Shown one piece after another: positions 25,725 to 40,729 of a stretch of 64,000 nt of DNA (positions are counted from its first letter, which is position 1; each line of letters begins with the position of its first letter). Made by a program: the position numbers and the translations under genes. The notes under the pieces are model-generated. The model made no database searches, had not been told where the DNA came from, and saw nothing but the letters and a program-made list of their open reading frames with translations. The stretch spans positions 13,578,001-13,642,000 of the forward strand of contig NC_086108.1 in assembly GCF_963921235.1 (NCBI RefSeq), in the 5' to 3' direction. Source of the DNA: Mobula hypostoma (taxonomy: Eukaryota).

Positions 25725-27238
25725 CGTGTTCATTTATTTGTTGAGAAAAATGATCCAATATTACATGTATTTGTTGAAAAAAGTATGCGAATCTTTGCTT
25801 TCAGTAACTGGTAAGACACCCTTGTACAGTAATAATATCAAACATTTCCAGTAACTGTTGACCAGTCCTGCACATTGGCTTGGAGGATCCTAGCCCATTC
25901 CTCCATATGAAACTGTTTTAACTCTGGGATGGATGGTGGGCTTCCTTGCATGAACTGCTTGCTTCAGGTCCTTCCACAACATTTCTATAGGATTAAGGTC
26001 AGGACTTTGAATCAGTCATTCCAAATTTTCTTCTTTTTAAACAATTCTGTTGTTGATTTACTCGTCTTTTAAGTCATTGTCTTGTTGCATTATCCAACTT
26101 CTATTAAGCTTCACATGACAGACTGCTACCCTGACATTTTCCTATAAAATGTCTTGATACAATTTTGAATTCATTGTTCCCTCAATGATTGCAAGCTGTC
26201 CAAGCCCTGAGGCACCAAAGCAGCCCCAAACCATGATGCTCCTTCCACCATGCCTCACAATTGGGATGAGGTTTTGGTGTTGGTGTGCAATGCCCCTTTT
26301 CCTTCAAACATGGCAATGTGCATTCCTGCCAAAAATTTAACGTTTGTTTCAGCTGTCCAGAACATTGTCCAAGTGTTGTAGACACATGAGCAGAGAATTC
26401 AACAAGTTCCAGAGATTTCTGTAGGTTTTTTTTGCTGTTACCCTTAGGTTCTTTTTCACCTCCTTCAGCTTTGTACATTGTGCTCTTGGTGTGATCTTTG
26501 CAGGATGCCCACTCCTAAGCTGAGTAGCAATTGTACTGAGTTTCCTCCATTTGTTGAGAATTCCTCTTACTATGGACTGATGAACATTCAGGTCTTTAGA
26601 AATGTTTTTGTAGCCTTTTCCAGCTTCATGCATCGTGTACACGAATAGATTTTTCTTGAGAAGAGCAGGCTCTGTCAATAACCTGACTTGGTGTGTCTTT
26701 GTTTTTTTAAGAGCAGGGCACCTCTACAACCCACACCTCTAATCTCATCTCTTTCATTGGAACACCCGAATCCAAATAGCTTTTGTAGAAGGCATTACCC
26801 TAGAGGTTCACGTACTTACTTTTTCCAACAAGTACATGTAATATTGGATCATTTTTCACAATAAATAAATGAACAAGTACAACTTTTTTGTGTTATTTAT
26901 TTAATTGGGTCCTCCTTATTTAGTTTTAGGACTTGCATGAAGATCTGATCACATTTTAGGTCATATTTATGCAGAAATAGAGAAAATTAGAACATAGAAC
27001 ATACAAATCCACAGCACATTTCAGGCTCTTCAGCCCACAATGTTGTGCCGAACATGCAACCTACTCGAGAAACTGCTTAGAATTTCCCAACTGCATAGCT
27101 CTCTATTTTTCTAAGTTCCATGTACCTATCTAAGAGTCTCTTAAAAGACCCTATTGTATCCGCCTCTACCACCGTTGCTGGCAGTGTATTCCACGCACCC
27201 ACCACTCTACAGGGTTCACAAACTTTCTAGCACCACTA
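25725..27238 (-). mobile_element. Tc1-like transposon, family B, deleted and carrying a CR1-tail insert (about 26990-27207)
   Basis: One TIR (ttcacaaactttctagcaccact) followed by TA. Transposase remnant HEAGKGYKNISK; homologous to 46123-49074. Confidence 0.85.
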
Positions 27239-27479
27239 TATACAGACCTCCAAATGGTGGCCAGAATTTGGGATTCAGATTATAAGTGATAGAAAAAGCA
27301 TGTAAAAAGGACAATGTTACATGAGTTATGGGGATTTCAAAGTATAGGTAGATTGGGAAAATCAATTTGGTGCTGGATTCCAAAGGGAGGAATTTTCAAA
27401 ATGCCTACAGGATGGCTTTCTAGAGCAGCTTGTGGCTTTTCCCTTTTCCATAAGGGAAAAGGCTATTCTGGATAGTCTG

Positions 27480-28032
27480 TGTAACACCCTGGGAAAGATT
27501 TCACTGTTAATGTAATGGTTTCTCTGTAGCAGCAGTGTTTGGGCTACGACTAGAGATAACAGGAGCTTTGGAATTTAGAATGCCATCCAATGAGGGGAAC
27601 GTTTTTTTCTTTCTTGTGTGCCCAAGAGTGAGGTATTTGCGGGGCTTGTGTTGGGCGAAAGATGGAGAGAGAAGATGCCAGAACGGAGAGGTCTTAGACT
27701 GCAGGACCGACTGGACGTGGAATGGGGTCAGGAGTCGACAACGCCAGGGGGAAATCGATGGAGAACAAATGGATGGGAAAATCATGAGCTTCAAGGTGCA
27801 ACTCAGACTGTTACATTAAAATTGGCCCTTTTTACTAACCCTATAGTCAATTAAGAATTATAAAGCCAAGTCATTTAATTGCATATGGTGTACTGTCAGT
27901 TATTTCGTGGTGCTGATTTGTAACAGGGGAAAACATCACACAGCATCCACACAAACGAGATTTCACCAGTTTGGCGGGGGCGGCAACTGTCTTCCCCTAG
28001 ACTAATGCAGCCCAGTGAACCTGGGGGTTACA
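27480..28032. mobile_element. Solo-LTR-like element
   Basis: Inverted termini TGTAACACCC...GGGGGTTACA interrupt a CR1. The TSD is imperfect (tctg versus ggtg). Confidence 0.55.
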
Positions 28033-28478
28033 GGTGTAGGTAATGGACCAAGTTTGATTAAGGAACATAAGGTAAATGAACCCTGAGGAGACAGCGATCA
28101 TGATAGAATTCAGTTTGAGAGGGTGAAGATAAAATCATTTGTATCAGTATTACAGTGGAGAAAAGGAGACTACTGAAGCAGGAGAGGGGAGCAGGGCAAG
28201 TTTGATTGAAAGGGGACACTAGCACGGTTGACAGCAGAATAGCAAAGGCTGGAGTTCCTTAAAGTAATTTGGAACGTGCAGGATAGACACATTCCAAAGT
28301 AGAATTAGTAGTCTTATCGACTGAGGCAACTGTGGATGACAAGAGAAGTCAAACGCAGCATTAAAACAAAAGATAGGGCATACAATGTTGCAAAAATTAG
28401 TGGAAGCTAGAGGAATGGAAAGCTTTTAGAAACCACAGATGGCAACTAAAACACAATAAAGAAAGAAAAGATGAAATA

Positions 28479-29909
28479 CAAACCACATTTCCAGAAAAGT
28501 TGGGATAATTTCCAAAATGCAAAAATAAAAATCTGTGATATGTTAATTCACATGAACCTTTATTTAACTGACAAAAGTACAAAGAAAGATTTTCAATAGT
28601 TTTACTGACCAACTTAATTGTATTTTGTAAATATACACAAATTTAGAATTTGATGGCTGCAACACACTCAACAAAAGTTGGGACAGAGGCATGTTTACCA
28701 TTGTGTTACATCACCTTTCCTTTTAATAACACTTTTTAATCGTTTTGGAACTGAGGATACTAATTGTAATAGATTTGCAATTGGAAATTTTGTCCATTCT
28801 TGCTTGACATAAGACTTCAGCTGCTCAACAGTCCGTGGTCTCCGTTGTCTGATTCTCCTCTTCATGATGCGCCATACATTTTCAATAGGAGATAGATCTG
28901 GACTGGCAGCAGGCCAGTCAAGCACACGCACTCTGTGTCTACAAAACCACGCTGTTGTAGCCCGTGTAGAATCTGGTCTGGCATTGTCCTGCTGAAATAA
29001 GCATGGACGTCCCAGGAAGAGACGTCACCTTGATGGCAACATATGTCTCTCTAAAATCCTAATATACGCCTCAGAGTCAATGGTACCTTCACATACATGC
29101 AACCCACCCATGCCGTGGGCACTGATGCACCCCCATACCATCACAGATGCTGGCTTTTGCATCTTTCACTGATAACAATCTGGATGGTCGTTTTCATCTT
29201 TGGCACGGAGAACTCGACGCCTGTTTTTTCTGAAAACTAGCTGAAATGTGGACTCATCTGACCACAGCACACGGTTCCACAGTCTTTTGGTCCTTCTGAG
29301 ATGAGCTCAGGCCCAGAGAACTCGCCAGCATTTCTGCATAGAGTTGATGTATGGCTTCCTCCTTGCGTAATACAGTTTCAAGTTGCATTTCTGGATGCAG
29401 CGACGGACTGTGTTGAGTGACAATGGTTTTCCGAAGTACTCCCGAGCCCAGGTGGCTATAATTGTCACAGTAGCATGACGGTTTCTTAGGCCGTGCCGCT
29501 TGAGGGCTCGAAGATCATGCGCATTCAACAGTGGTTTCCGACCTTACCCTTTACGCACTGAGATGTCTCTGAATTCTCTGAATCTTTTCACAATATTATG
29601 TACTGTAGATGTTGAAAGACCTAAATTCTCTGCAATCTTGCGTTGAGAAATGTTCCTTTTGAACTGACTAACAATTCTCTCACGAACTGTTTTAACTCTG
29701 TCCCAACTTTTGTTGAGTGTGTCGCAGCCATCAAATTCTAAATTTGTGTATATTTACAAAATACAATTAAGTTGGTCAGTAAAACTATTGAAAATCCTTT
29801 CTTTGTACTTTTGTCAGTTAAATAAAGGTTCACATGAATTAACATATCACAGATTTTTGTTTTTATTGCATTTTGGAAAATATCCCAACTTTTCTGGAAA
29901 TGGGGTTTG
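28479..29909 (-). mobile_element. Tc1-like transposon, family C, with ~210-bp TIRs and internal deletions
   Basis: Ends CAAACCACATTTCCAGAAAAGTTGGGA and TCCCAACTTTTCTGGAAATGGGGTTTG with TA TSDs; motif WPAASPDLSPIENVW. Confidence 0.93.
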
Positions 29910-32299
29910 TACAAAGGTAAGCTAGCCAATATTATAAAAGAGGATACCAAAAGTTTTTTTCAGATATAAATAGAGGTTAGCTGCCAGTGACTAGTTGTGT
30001 TCCCCCAGCATCGGTGTTGCAACTGCTCATTTTCACATTATATGTCAATGAAGATGATGCTGGAATTGATGGCTTTATGGCCAAGTTCGCAGATGATACA
30101 AAGATAGGAGGAGGGGCAAGCAGTGTTGAGAAGCAGCAAGTCTGCAGGACTTAGATAAAGAAAATAGGCAAAGAAGTGGCAGATGGAATACAATGCAGGG
30201 AAGTGTGTGGTAATATAATTCGGTGGAAGGAATAAAGGTGTATACTATTTCCTTAATGAACAAATTCAGAAATTAGAGGTGCAAAGGGACTTGGGAGTCC
30301 ACATACAGTACTCACTACAGGCTAATTTGCAGGTTGAGTCAGTGGTAAGGAAGGCAATGCAATGTTAGTATTCATTTCAAGCAGACTGGAATATAAACGC
30401 AAGGATCCAATGCTAAGGCTTTATAAGGCATTGGTCAAACTGCACTTGGGGTATTGTGAGTTGTTATTTATTTATCTATTTATTTATTGAGATACAGTGC
30501 AGAATAGGCCCTTCCGGCCCTTCGAGCTATGCTACCAAGCAATCCCCTGATTTAATCCTAGCCTAAACACAGGACAATTTAGAATGACCAATTAATCTAC
30601 CACCCAGTACATCTTTGGACTGTGGGAAGAAACCGGAACACCCGGAGGAAACACACATGGTCACGAGAAGAAAGCATAAACTCCTTACAGGGAGTGGCAG
30701 AAAGCACTGTGCTAACCACTGTGCTACTGTGATGCCCGATATCTAAGAAAGGAAATGCTGGCATTGGAAAGTGTGCAGAGGAGGTTCACGAGAATGACCC
30801 CAGAAATGAAAGGTTTAACATATGAGGAGCATTTGATAGCTCTGGGCCTCTATTCACTGGAATTTAGAAAAATAAGGGGGTCCTCAATGAAAGACATCGA
30901 ATATTGAAAGGCCTAGATAGAGTGTAGAGAGGAAGCGGCTGTTTCCTATAGTGGGGGAGTCTAGGACCTGGGGGCACAGTCTTGCAATACAAGAACGTCA
31001 CTTTGAGATAAGCCTGAGGCTGGTGAACCTGTTGAATTCATTGTCATGGATGGCTGTGGAGGACGCCATTGAGTATATTTAAAGAGAAGGTTGATATGTT
31101 TTTGATTCGTCAGAGCATCAAAGGTTACGGTGGGGGGGGGGGGAAGGCCAGAGAATGGGGTTGAGAGGGATAAGAAATTATCCATGATGGAATGGTAGAA
31201 CAAACTTGATGGGCCAGATTGTCTAATTCTGCTCTTGTCTTATGGACTTGTGGCAGCATTACAGTGCAATACATTTAAAAACTTACTATTTACAGTAAAA
31301 ATAAACAGTGCAAAGGAGAACAGTGGGATAATGTTCATACACTGTTCAAAAACATGATGCTGGAGTGGAAGAAGCTGATCCTACAACCACGTTTGTCTTC
31401 AGGCTCCTGTATCTCCTCCTTAATGATTGTAATGAGTAGAGGGCGTGTCCCAGACAGTGACGGCATACGAACACTGTTTTCCATGCATGTCACCCTATCC
31501 CTTCTCAACTATTGCACAATTAATCTGGTACTGTTACTCTGCTACTTCTCTTTTACAATTGTAAAATGTTCCCAAATGAATAGTTCTGTGGACTGCATCT
31601 CAGGATGGATAAGTTGACTTTGAACAAATTGCCACCTGGATTTATAACTATCTAATGACCACCAATTTGAAACATTGACTGTTTCTCAGCAGATACTGAC
31701 CTTAGATATACTGCACTTCAATTTTTTGCACTTTTCTTTGGACTCCCAGGGTTAGGTTATGAGGATACATTGAGGGGGAAAAAGCTTCGGTATATAGCAA
31801 TTATTTCTATTAAAGCAAAAGCCTTTGATTTAGGTCTTTCAAGAGAGAAGTACAAGTATCAAAGTCTCTTCTATAAATACCAATTTTATATCCAAGGTTA
31901 ATCCAAGTTTTAAGGTACGTGGGCAAAAGCAAGTTATGGTTTTCACCCAGCATTCAGTTATTAATTCAATGCAGAGTAAATCAGGTTCAAAAGCTCAAAA
32001 GACTTGTTCCTCTTTTCATATTTCACCTGCCTTGTTATTACTTTCATTAGGTGTTTGATATTTCACTAAAAATGGTAAAAAGGTCCTTCATTTTGGTTCA
32101 GTCTAATGAATGGCTGGTTTAGACTAGATGATGAGCACCATCCAAACAGAGAACCTAACATACACCTAGTGATAAAAACCCACACATGACAAGTTGAAGT
32201 GAAATTGATTAATGAAACCCAAGGTTCACAAACGACACCATCTTTCACAGCTCATGCTACTGTTAATGGAAGATAGACAGCAGTATGTAATAGATGTTA

Positions 32300-32425
<126 letters not shown>

Positions 32426-33124
32426 TCAGAACAATCATTAGCAGCTTTGTGCTTAATTTCATCACAAATATATTTCTGTTCAGACCAACAGCTTTCTACT
32501 TCAACCAAAAAAAAAACTTTATCCTGCTTTAGAGTAAAAGAACATGACTTTTGTTAATGATTATGGATACACAATTTTGATATAGCCTCAAAATATATTT
32601 TGTCAAATTTTTCTCCTTTTTAAAGAGTAATTTTATAGTGAAAATTATACCATACTGCATACATCTCGGGACTACCTGAAAGGCCAGTGAGTCAAGTTAT
32701 TTGACACAGAACAGGCCCTATATCCATATCAATGCTAAGATATGTATTGAGCTGTATTTGGCCTATGTTTCTCCAAACATTTCCTATGCATGTACATGTC
32801 CCAAGTGTCTTCTAAGTGCACCTACCTCAATCACTTCCTCTGCTAGCTCATTCCATTATCTTCAGTGCCAAAAACCTGCCTCTCAAGTCCCCTATAAATC
32901 TATCCCCTTTCCTTAAGTGGTTTCTTGATACGTGTTAGATTCCCATACCATTAGAAAAAAATCATCCACCTTCTTTGTCTCTCATGATTTTGTAAACCTC
33001 TTTAAAGTTGCCCCCTCAGCCTCCTACAGTATACTCCAGATAGCAATATTTAGCCGATCTAACCATTCCTTTTTTACTCAAGACCTCCAGTCCTGGTAAA
33101 ACCTTCATTAGACTTTTCAGCACC

Positions 33125-36100
33125 TGTGGAAATTGCAGTAAAGCAAGGGTTAAAACCTGTGCAACAAAACTGAGTAGCACAGATTCTCTGTGTTAAAGCT
33201 CACTCAGGTAGTAGCCAAGATAACTATCAGAGAGAGTGTGGAGACATATTGCAGTCACCCAGGCTAAACATGGTCCTTGAAAGCCCATCTCTTGTGGGGC
33301 CTGGGACATAATGCTCAAACATGCGCTTCACCAGAGTCCCCTCAGGGGAACTGGGACAGGGCGCTCACACTACCATTCACGTATTCACAATCATTTACAC
33401 TTCAGAATTCTTTTTTACTCACACACTGAAAAGGAAAAGAAAATTCTCTGACCCACTCTGATCTACCTCCTTTTTTTTTTGCTTTTTTCTCCTTCTCTTT
33501 GTAGTTGCAGGAGGGGCAGGTCTAGCAGCTGAATATTCCAGGGTTCTGCTGTTTTAAGTGCAACAGCGCAGGTGGAATTAAAGGAGGGAGTGGTCAGGGA
33601 AAATGCCATAGCAGGGCTCAGTCAGGACAGACTGGAGAACTTGCTGGAGTTGTACTTAGCTACACAGTCATAAGTGCAAAGCGAGTAGAGCAAGGACCAA
33701 GTACACATTCCTGCTGATGGAGATTGTGAAGGAGATGTTTTTGCCATTTCTTACTGATTGGGGTCCACAAATGAGGAAATCCAGGATCCAGTTGCACAAA
33801 GGGAGTATTAAGGCTCAGGTCAGGAGTTTACTGATTAGTTTTGAGGGGACGATGGTGAGCTGTAATCAATAAAAAGCATCATGATGTTCGCATCATTGCT
33901 CTCCAGGTGTTAAGGGGTTGTGTGAAGAGCCAATTAGATGATATCTGCTGTAGACCTCTTGCTTTGTTAGGCAAATTGGAGCAGAACCAAGTTGCCACTC
34001 AGCCAGGAGTTGATACAGCCTCTCAAAACATTTCATCACTTGGATGCAAGTGCCACTTGGCAACAGTCATTTAGAAATGTTACCATGATCTTCTTGGCCA
34101 CTGGTACAGTTGAAGCCTGCTTGAAGCAGATGGGTATCATACACTGCTGGAGCGAGAGGTTGAAGATATCCATGAATACACTATTCAGCTGGTGAGCACA
34201 GGTCTTCAGAACTTGGCCAGATACTCCATCTGGATCGGATGCTTTCCTTGCATTCACTCTCTGGAAGGCCATCCACATATCATCTTCAGACACCGAGACC
34301 AAAGGATCTTCAGGAGTCATGGGAGTGTGCAATGTTTCCCCCCTGTTCTGGTGATCAAAGCGAGTATAGAAGGCATTGAGCTCGTCTGGACGCAAAGCTC
34401 TGCTGTCCCCTATGTCGCAAGATTTAACTTTGTAGGAGGTTATGGCATTCAAACCCTGCCATAGCAGTCGAGCAACCCTTGTTGATTCCTAGTGCAGAAC
34501 CACCACTTCGCCTGTGAGATGGCTTTCTGGAGATTATACCTGCACCTCTTGCAGTATTCTTGATCTCCAGACTTGAGTGATCTTGCTCTCGGCGAATTCC
34601 AGATTTCATTGCTCTCCAGGGCTTCTGATTAGGGTAAGCCCTGAACAACTGGGTGCATACACACACATCCATGGCCGTTTTAATAAAGTCTGTAATGACA
34701 CTGATGTAGTCATTCTGGTTCTCGGCTGAGTTCTTGAATACAGGCCAGTCCACTGACTCAAGGCAAGCCTCCCATGACCACCTCTTAAGTTGTCTTGATC
34801 TCTGGAGCCTTGTTTTTTTAGGCTCTGTCTGTATGTAAATAGTAAGAGTACAGCCAAATAATCTGTACCAATATGCGGTCTTGGAAAAGAATAGACAACC
34901 CCTATAGTACTTAGCAGTGGTCTAATGTGTTGAGACCTCTGGTGATAACTGGGCAGTGATTCCCGCCCCCTCCTCCCCCCACAAACAAGCCTGATTAAAG
35001 TCACCAATGATAATTTGAAATGCATCGGGATGGGCCGTTTCTTGCTTACTAACAACACCATGCAGTTTCGTGAGTGCTTGCTTATATCAGCCGCTGGTGG
35101 TTATGTAAACTGCTGTTAGGATCACAGATGAGAACTCCCAAGGCAAGTAGAATGGTCGACATAACCCCAATGTCTGTGCACCAGAATTGACTAAAAAGCA
35201 CACGCCGCCACCTTTTTCCCTTCCAGAGTTTGCCGTTCAATCCATTCTGAAAATTGTAAAACCTTCTGGTCATATCACTCCATTGGAAGTATTCATCATT
35301 AACCAAGGTAGGGGAGAGGGATAATACCATCTATCTCAGTGTAAAACAAACTGGTACCGCAGGCTGAGAATAAACGAGATGTTGATTTAGATGTACCCTA
35401 AACTAATACAATAGAAGCTTTAAGAAAATGCACTATAGATTGTCATAAGACAGTGCCACACAAAAGATACGTGATGATGCTAATACACAGAACACATTCG
35501 CATTCTATTTCAGAAGTATTTCAGATTAACTTTCAAGGTGGGGACACGCCTCTTAATAAGTATTATGGTTATTGGGCTGCAACCTAGGTTATGGAAAACG
35601 TATACTGTTACTTGTGTAAGATGAGAAGAGTCAAGTAGAATTGTGAGTGTCTTGCAACATTGTCAGAACTAGTTAACTCAGAGTTAAACATGCCAAGGGA
35701 GACAGAGACAAAATATTGTACATGTTGTTTTAAAAAAAAGTTGTGACAGCTGACTTATAGTAGGGGCAAATAAGGGAATGTCCATGAGGGGTATTGTTTT
35801 CCTAGCTGACAGTCTGGCCACTGGGCACGAAGGTTCCCTAAGGAACAAGGCAACTGTGATCACAGTCAGCATCCTCCTGCATCACCACAAGTACCTCAGA
35901 CTACAAAATTTACTTCAAACAACCCCATCCAGAAATGTACTGAAAAACGTGCACATTACAATTCTACCCATTATAAAGATTTCAGAACCCATTAGTCCAC
36001 TGACTGCAAAATAATAATTTGATTTCCTGGTTGATACTGGAATCAGTTTTTCCACAATTTATACTTCTAATTGATTACAAGCACTTTTAAGCAATTAATC

Positions 36101-38472
36101 AGTATAGTGGACTTGCAGACATTGTCTCTTTCTTGTAATCTCTTATCAGCTTTTCAGATATGAAGAACAACATGCTTTTGTAGCACAAGACCCACTGATT
36201 AATCTGTGGGGACAAGTTTTTCTTTGCAACTAGGATGGTCTCCTGAAGGCATACAATTTGAGGTCTCAGAGACAGTATAGCCAACTATACATGTTAGAAG
36301 CACCTGTTCAGATAAACCTAAAGTTTAGTGGTGGAAGTTTAATAACAATTTTTTGTCTGCAAAGCATTACTATGGTTGAGCAACTGCAACAACTCAAGAG
36401 GCTTGTACAATGTTAGACAAATATATACGTCTGACATCCAAGTGGCATACGACCATCCCACTCTAAATGGCACATTGCTCTGAAGAAAGTCAAGACCATT
36501 CACACATCCATCACAGCAAGTCCTTCTCTCTTGCTCTTTTTGTCCTCTATCAGGACTCTGAGAGTGTAGCCACCTAAAGCTGAACTACTTTTAAATTGTC
36601 ACCCGATACAAATAGTACTAACATAACTCTTAAATGTTACCATCAACAGGTGTTTCAAGCCCATGAAGATCATGTGAACTACAGAATGCCATACCTACTA
36701 GCCTGGAGTTTGGGTACTTGCAAAATCCTACTGACGAAAGTATTGCCTTGAGCCCATTTCAAGTACTGATAACCACATATACTGCTCAAAAGTCCAGGGG
36801 AAGCCAACCTCAGTCCATGCATTGTACATTAAGCCAGCGGTGCCACAAGACTAAGGAATCAGTTGCCAGACAATCCTGATGACAAAGACTGACTAACTAA
36901 ACTTTGATCACACTGCTTGCAATCTTCAGTGATCATTTTGCATTATACATTTTGGATAGTCTGTGCATGTGCTTTCTGCCCAAAAAATTTCTCATGATAC
37001 TAAGACTCCTAATACTTTTCTTCATCTTAATTATGAATATGCCTTGTGTACCAACCAGTAGAGCTGGTGGGTTTGACTAGAGCCGTGAACCGAGCAGGGG
37101 ACTGCATTTCCCATAAATAACTCTAACCAATGCAACCAGGCATGGATAACATATGTGCAATCTCTATGTCACCAATCTTCTTCCAAATGTGGTTAATTTC
37201 TAATAAGATGCTTGGCCTGAACTAACTCCATGGAGGGGTGTTATTACCTGGCACCGGTGGTACATATATCACATATCATCTCCATACATATAACTGTGTG
37301 AGGCCAACAATGAAGGACTATTACAGAGACAGAACATTTCTTAATAATACCACCCATTCTGTGGGATGGCCCGACTTGCTCAATACATCCTCAGTGCTGG
37401 AGAAATTGGCCAGTGAGATACTTAGCATTGCATGACACCAGTAAGGCTATTAAAGACATCACAGCTGGGATGTTTACAATTCATACTGTGGCACTTTAGA
37501 ACTGGTTGGTGTTGGGATTTCCTGCAGGCAAAGGAAGGTGGTATTTACGCCATCATTGGCCAGGAGTGTTGTACACAAATCCCTGATCCAGTTTGAAGCA
37601 GTTAAGGTCAAGAAGAGTGTGTAGGGGGTTACAGCAGACCTGGTCACCACCTGGCTCCACTCCTTTCTGGGAGGTTGGTGTTGTTCCATTTGCAGTGGGC
37701 AATGGGGGCTATATTCCTGCTAGCTGTGATTCTTGTTTTTAGTTTCTTGCTTGAGATTGCTTTATGGAGTGATAACTCACAGAGCAGCTTTCTCTATTAT
37801 GATCCAACAAGCCACTATCATCAGCCAATTGCCCCTGATGAAACTGTGCTGGAGTTTCAAAGACTATGCACTACTGAAATTCAGTAAAGCATTGTCCTTT
37901 ACAGGACAAAAAAAAAGGAATTGTGGAAATTGCAGAAAAGCAAGGGTTAAAATGTGTGATACCAGAGTGCAGGGACTTAGGATAGACCTTCTCTGTGTTA
38001 AAGCTCACGAAGGCAACAGTCAAAATAAGCAAGGACAGCATGGAGACATAATGAAGTCATCTGGGCTGAACATGGTCCTTGAAAACCTAAAACTTTTTGT
38101 TTAGGCCTGGGAACCAAGGTCACTGAGCATACCAAGACAAGATAAAGATGCAAACAAAGGATTCCAGGGCAACTCTTACTATTGGATAGACATTTTACTA
38201 ATTCTCACGTATTATTGGCCTTAACACATGGATTTAATTGGTTATTAATACCTGAACTTTGTAGTATGATTGGTAATTATTCAGAAATACACAAAGATTC
38301 TATTGGATCAATATTTGTATACAACTAGTCAATTTCTGTATAAGAATGGCATTTCTTTGTTCAAACCAGAGCCATGCGTTGACAGGGACTATGCTGTTCT
38401 CTTTGAGCACACATAAATAAAGTGTGATTGAGGAACGAATGCAAGTTGTCTGAGTCCAGATAATCAGTGTCA
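33125..38472 (+). mobile_element. Degraded class I (gamma/epsilon-like) endogenous retrovirus with env
   Basis: Related LTR starts tgtggaaattgcag at 33125 and 37922, with a purine tract before the second. Remnants include a zinc knuckle (GHWAR, ~35815), protease FLVDTG (~36025), an integrase C-terminus (FQVLITTYTA, ~36760) and env TM DFLQAKEGGIYAIIGQECCTQIPD (~37516-37590) followed by a hydrophobic anchor. Confidence 0.85.
33700..35100 (-). mobile_element. Rex1/Babar-like LINE fragment nested in the ERV
   Basis: Motifs LNAFYTRFD, KASDPDGVSGQVLKTCAHQL and PICFKQASTVPVAKK. Confidence 0.85.
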
Positions 38473-39664
38473 GTCCATTTCCACATTAATGACATCCTTC
38501 CTTTAGGGGGTGCGACCAGGAATGAGTACAGTTCTCCAAGTGTAGTCTCACTAACAAATTGCATTGTTGCAACATGATGCCCAACTTCTGTACTCAGTGC
38601 CCTATCCAATGAAGGGAAGCAGTCCAAAATGCCTTCTCCATGCAGTCTATGTTTTGCCACTCTCAGGGAATTACGTACCCATACACTGACATCCCTCGTC
38701 TTTTCTGGATACGTTCCAGTCCTACAACTTCCTGTCAAGTCCTGCCCTGCGTTCCAAAATGCAGCACTCACACCTTTCTTTGTTAAATTCCATCAGCCAT
38801 TCCTTTGTCCACGTCACCGTCTACGTCTTGTTGTAATTTTAGATAACCTTCTTCACCTTCCACACCTCCACCAATTGGTGTTATCTGCAAATTTACTAAC
38901 CATGTTAACAACATTGCCATCTATATTAATGATTTGGATAAAAAACAACAAAGCCAGCACCGATCTCTGTGGTCACAGACCTCCTAACTGAGTAACAATC
39001 CTATACTACCACCACGTCTCCAACCACCAAGCCTATTTTGTATCCAGCTGGCGAACTCACCCTGAATCCTATGTGATCTAACCACCCAGACAAGCCCACC
39101 TTGCAGGACTTTGCTAAAGTCCATGTGGACAATATCTATTTCTTTCACCTCATCAAGTCTTCATCCTTGCCTTTCAAAATGCTGTTCTTCAGAAACCCCT
39201 CCATTAACTTTCCCATCACTGATCTTGCAGCTCTTCTTAAATTAAGGCACGTTAGCAATATTTCAGTCTTCCTGTACCTCACTGTGGCTAAAGATGATGC
39301 AAACCTCTCTGCTAGGATCCCTGCATTCTCTTCTCACCCTTCCCACAAGGTCAGGGCCCAGGGACTTCTACACCTTAACATGCCTTAAGATTGCCAGTTG
39401 TAGTATGGGTATGTTCCAATAAATCACTATTCATATTCCTTCATTACTTTGCTTCCATGACATTCTCAATGCTAAACTTCTGAGAAGTTTTCACTTCACA
39501 CCTTGCCCATCAACTGTGCCTGCACATTGATCTATAATGGGTCCTAGATATTGTTTAGCTCCTAATACACCTCTAGAATCTTTGGATTCACCATGTCTAT
39601 CAAAGCTTCCTCATGTCCTCATTTTGTCCTCCTGATTTTTCTCATGCGTTCAACACAACCATAC

Positions 39665-40362
39665 CCTCAGTTCTAATGATAAAACACCACAACCTGGGTG
39701 TCTGTTCCTCCCTCTGCAACTGGATCCTTGACTTCCTCACCAGGAAGCCACAGTTAGTGCAGAACTGAATTAACATCTCCTCCTCATTGACAGTCAACAC
39801 TGGCACACCTCAGGATGTGTGCTTATCCCAACTGCTCTATTCTCTACACCCACAAGTATGTGTCTAGGCACAGCTTAAACGCCATCTATAAATCTGTCGA
39901 TGACACAATCGGCAGAATTTCAGATGGTGACAAGGCAGCGTACAGGAGTGATATAGATCAGCTGGTTGTATAGTGTTGCACTCATCATCAAGAAGACTAA
40001 GGAATTAATTGTGGACTTCAGAAAGGGGAAGTCAAGGGAAAACACACCTGTCCTCATCATGGAACCAGCAGTGGAAAGGGTGAGCAGTTTCAAGTACCTA
40101 GGTGTCAACATCTATGAAGATCTATTCTAGGCCCAACATATTGATGCAATTACAAATAAGACAGGAAAGTAGCTATATTTCATTTGGAGCTTGAGGAGAC
40201 CTCATATGTGTCACCAAAGACACTTGCAAATTTCTACAGATATACCATGGAGATCATTATAACTGTTTGCAACACAGTTTTTATTATTATATATTGCAAC
40301 GTACTGCTCCTGCAAAACAAATTTCACGACATATGTCAGTAATATTAAAGCTGATTCTGATG
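39665..40362 (+). mobile_element. Rex1/Babar-like LINE 3' fragment
   Basis: Motifs [20 protein letters not shown] and FKYLGV; tail attaaagctgattctga. Similar fragments are at about 40810-41900 (-), 51700-52950 (+) and 56260-56850 (+). Confidence 0.8.
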
Positions 40363-40561
40363 TACTTTTACATCCCTTTACTTAAGGGATTCTTTTGATC
40401 CCAGCTGTCTACACCTGACATACAATTCCTCCTGTTCCCAAACCACAGCCTCAATAACCAGGGTTCTGTAATCCCGTCATCTTCTTCATTCACTCTGCTA
40501 TCTCTGTCAGCGATCAACTCTGCTGACACTTAGAAACACACCTGCAATTACATTGTACTCA

Positions 40562-40729
<168 letters not shown>

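Larger units (their letters stand above)
27245..31250 (+). mobile_element. Old CR1 LINE interrupted by an LTR-like element, a Tc1 and a SINE
   Basis: Endonuclease, RT and tail segments are colinear across the insertions (atgaaata|caaaggtaagctagcc). Confidence 0.8.

Noticed and set aside
29710..29950. ORFs repeated at 28397-28612 and 29710-29950
   Set aside because: They are translations of the ~210-bp Tc1 TIRs.
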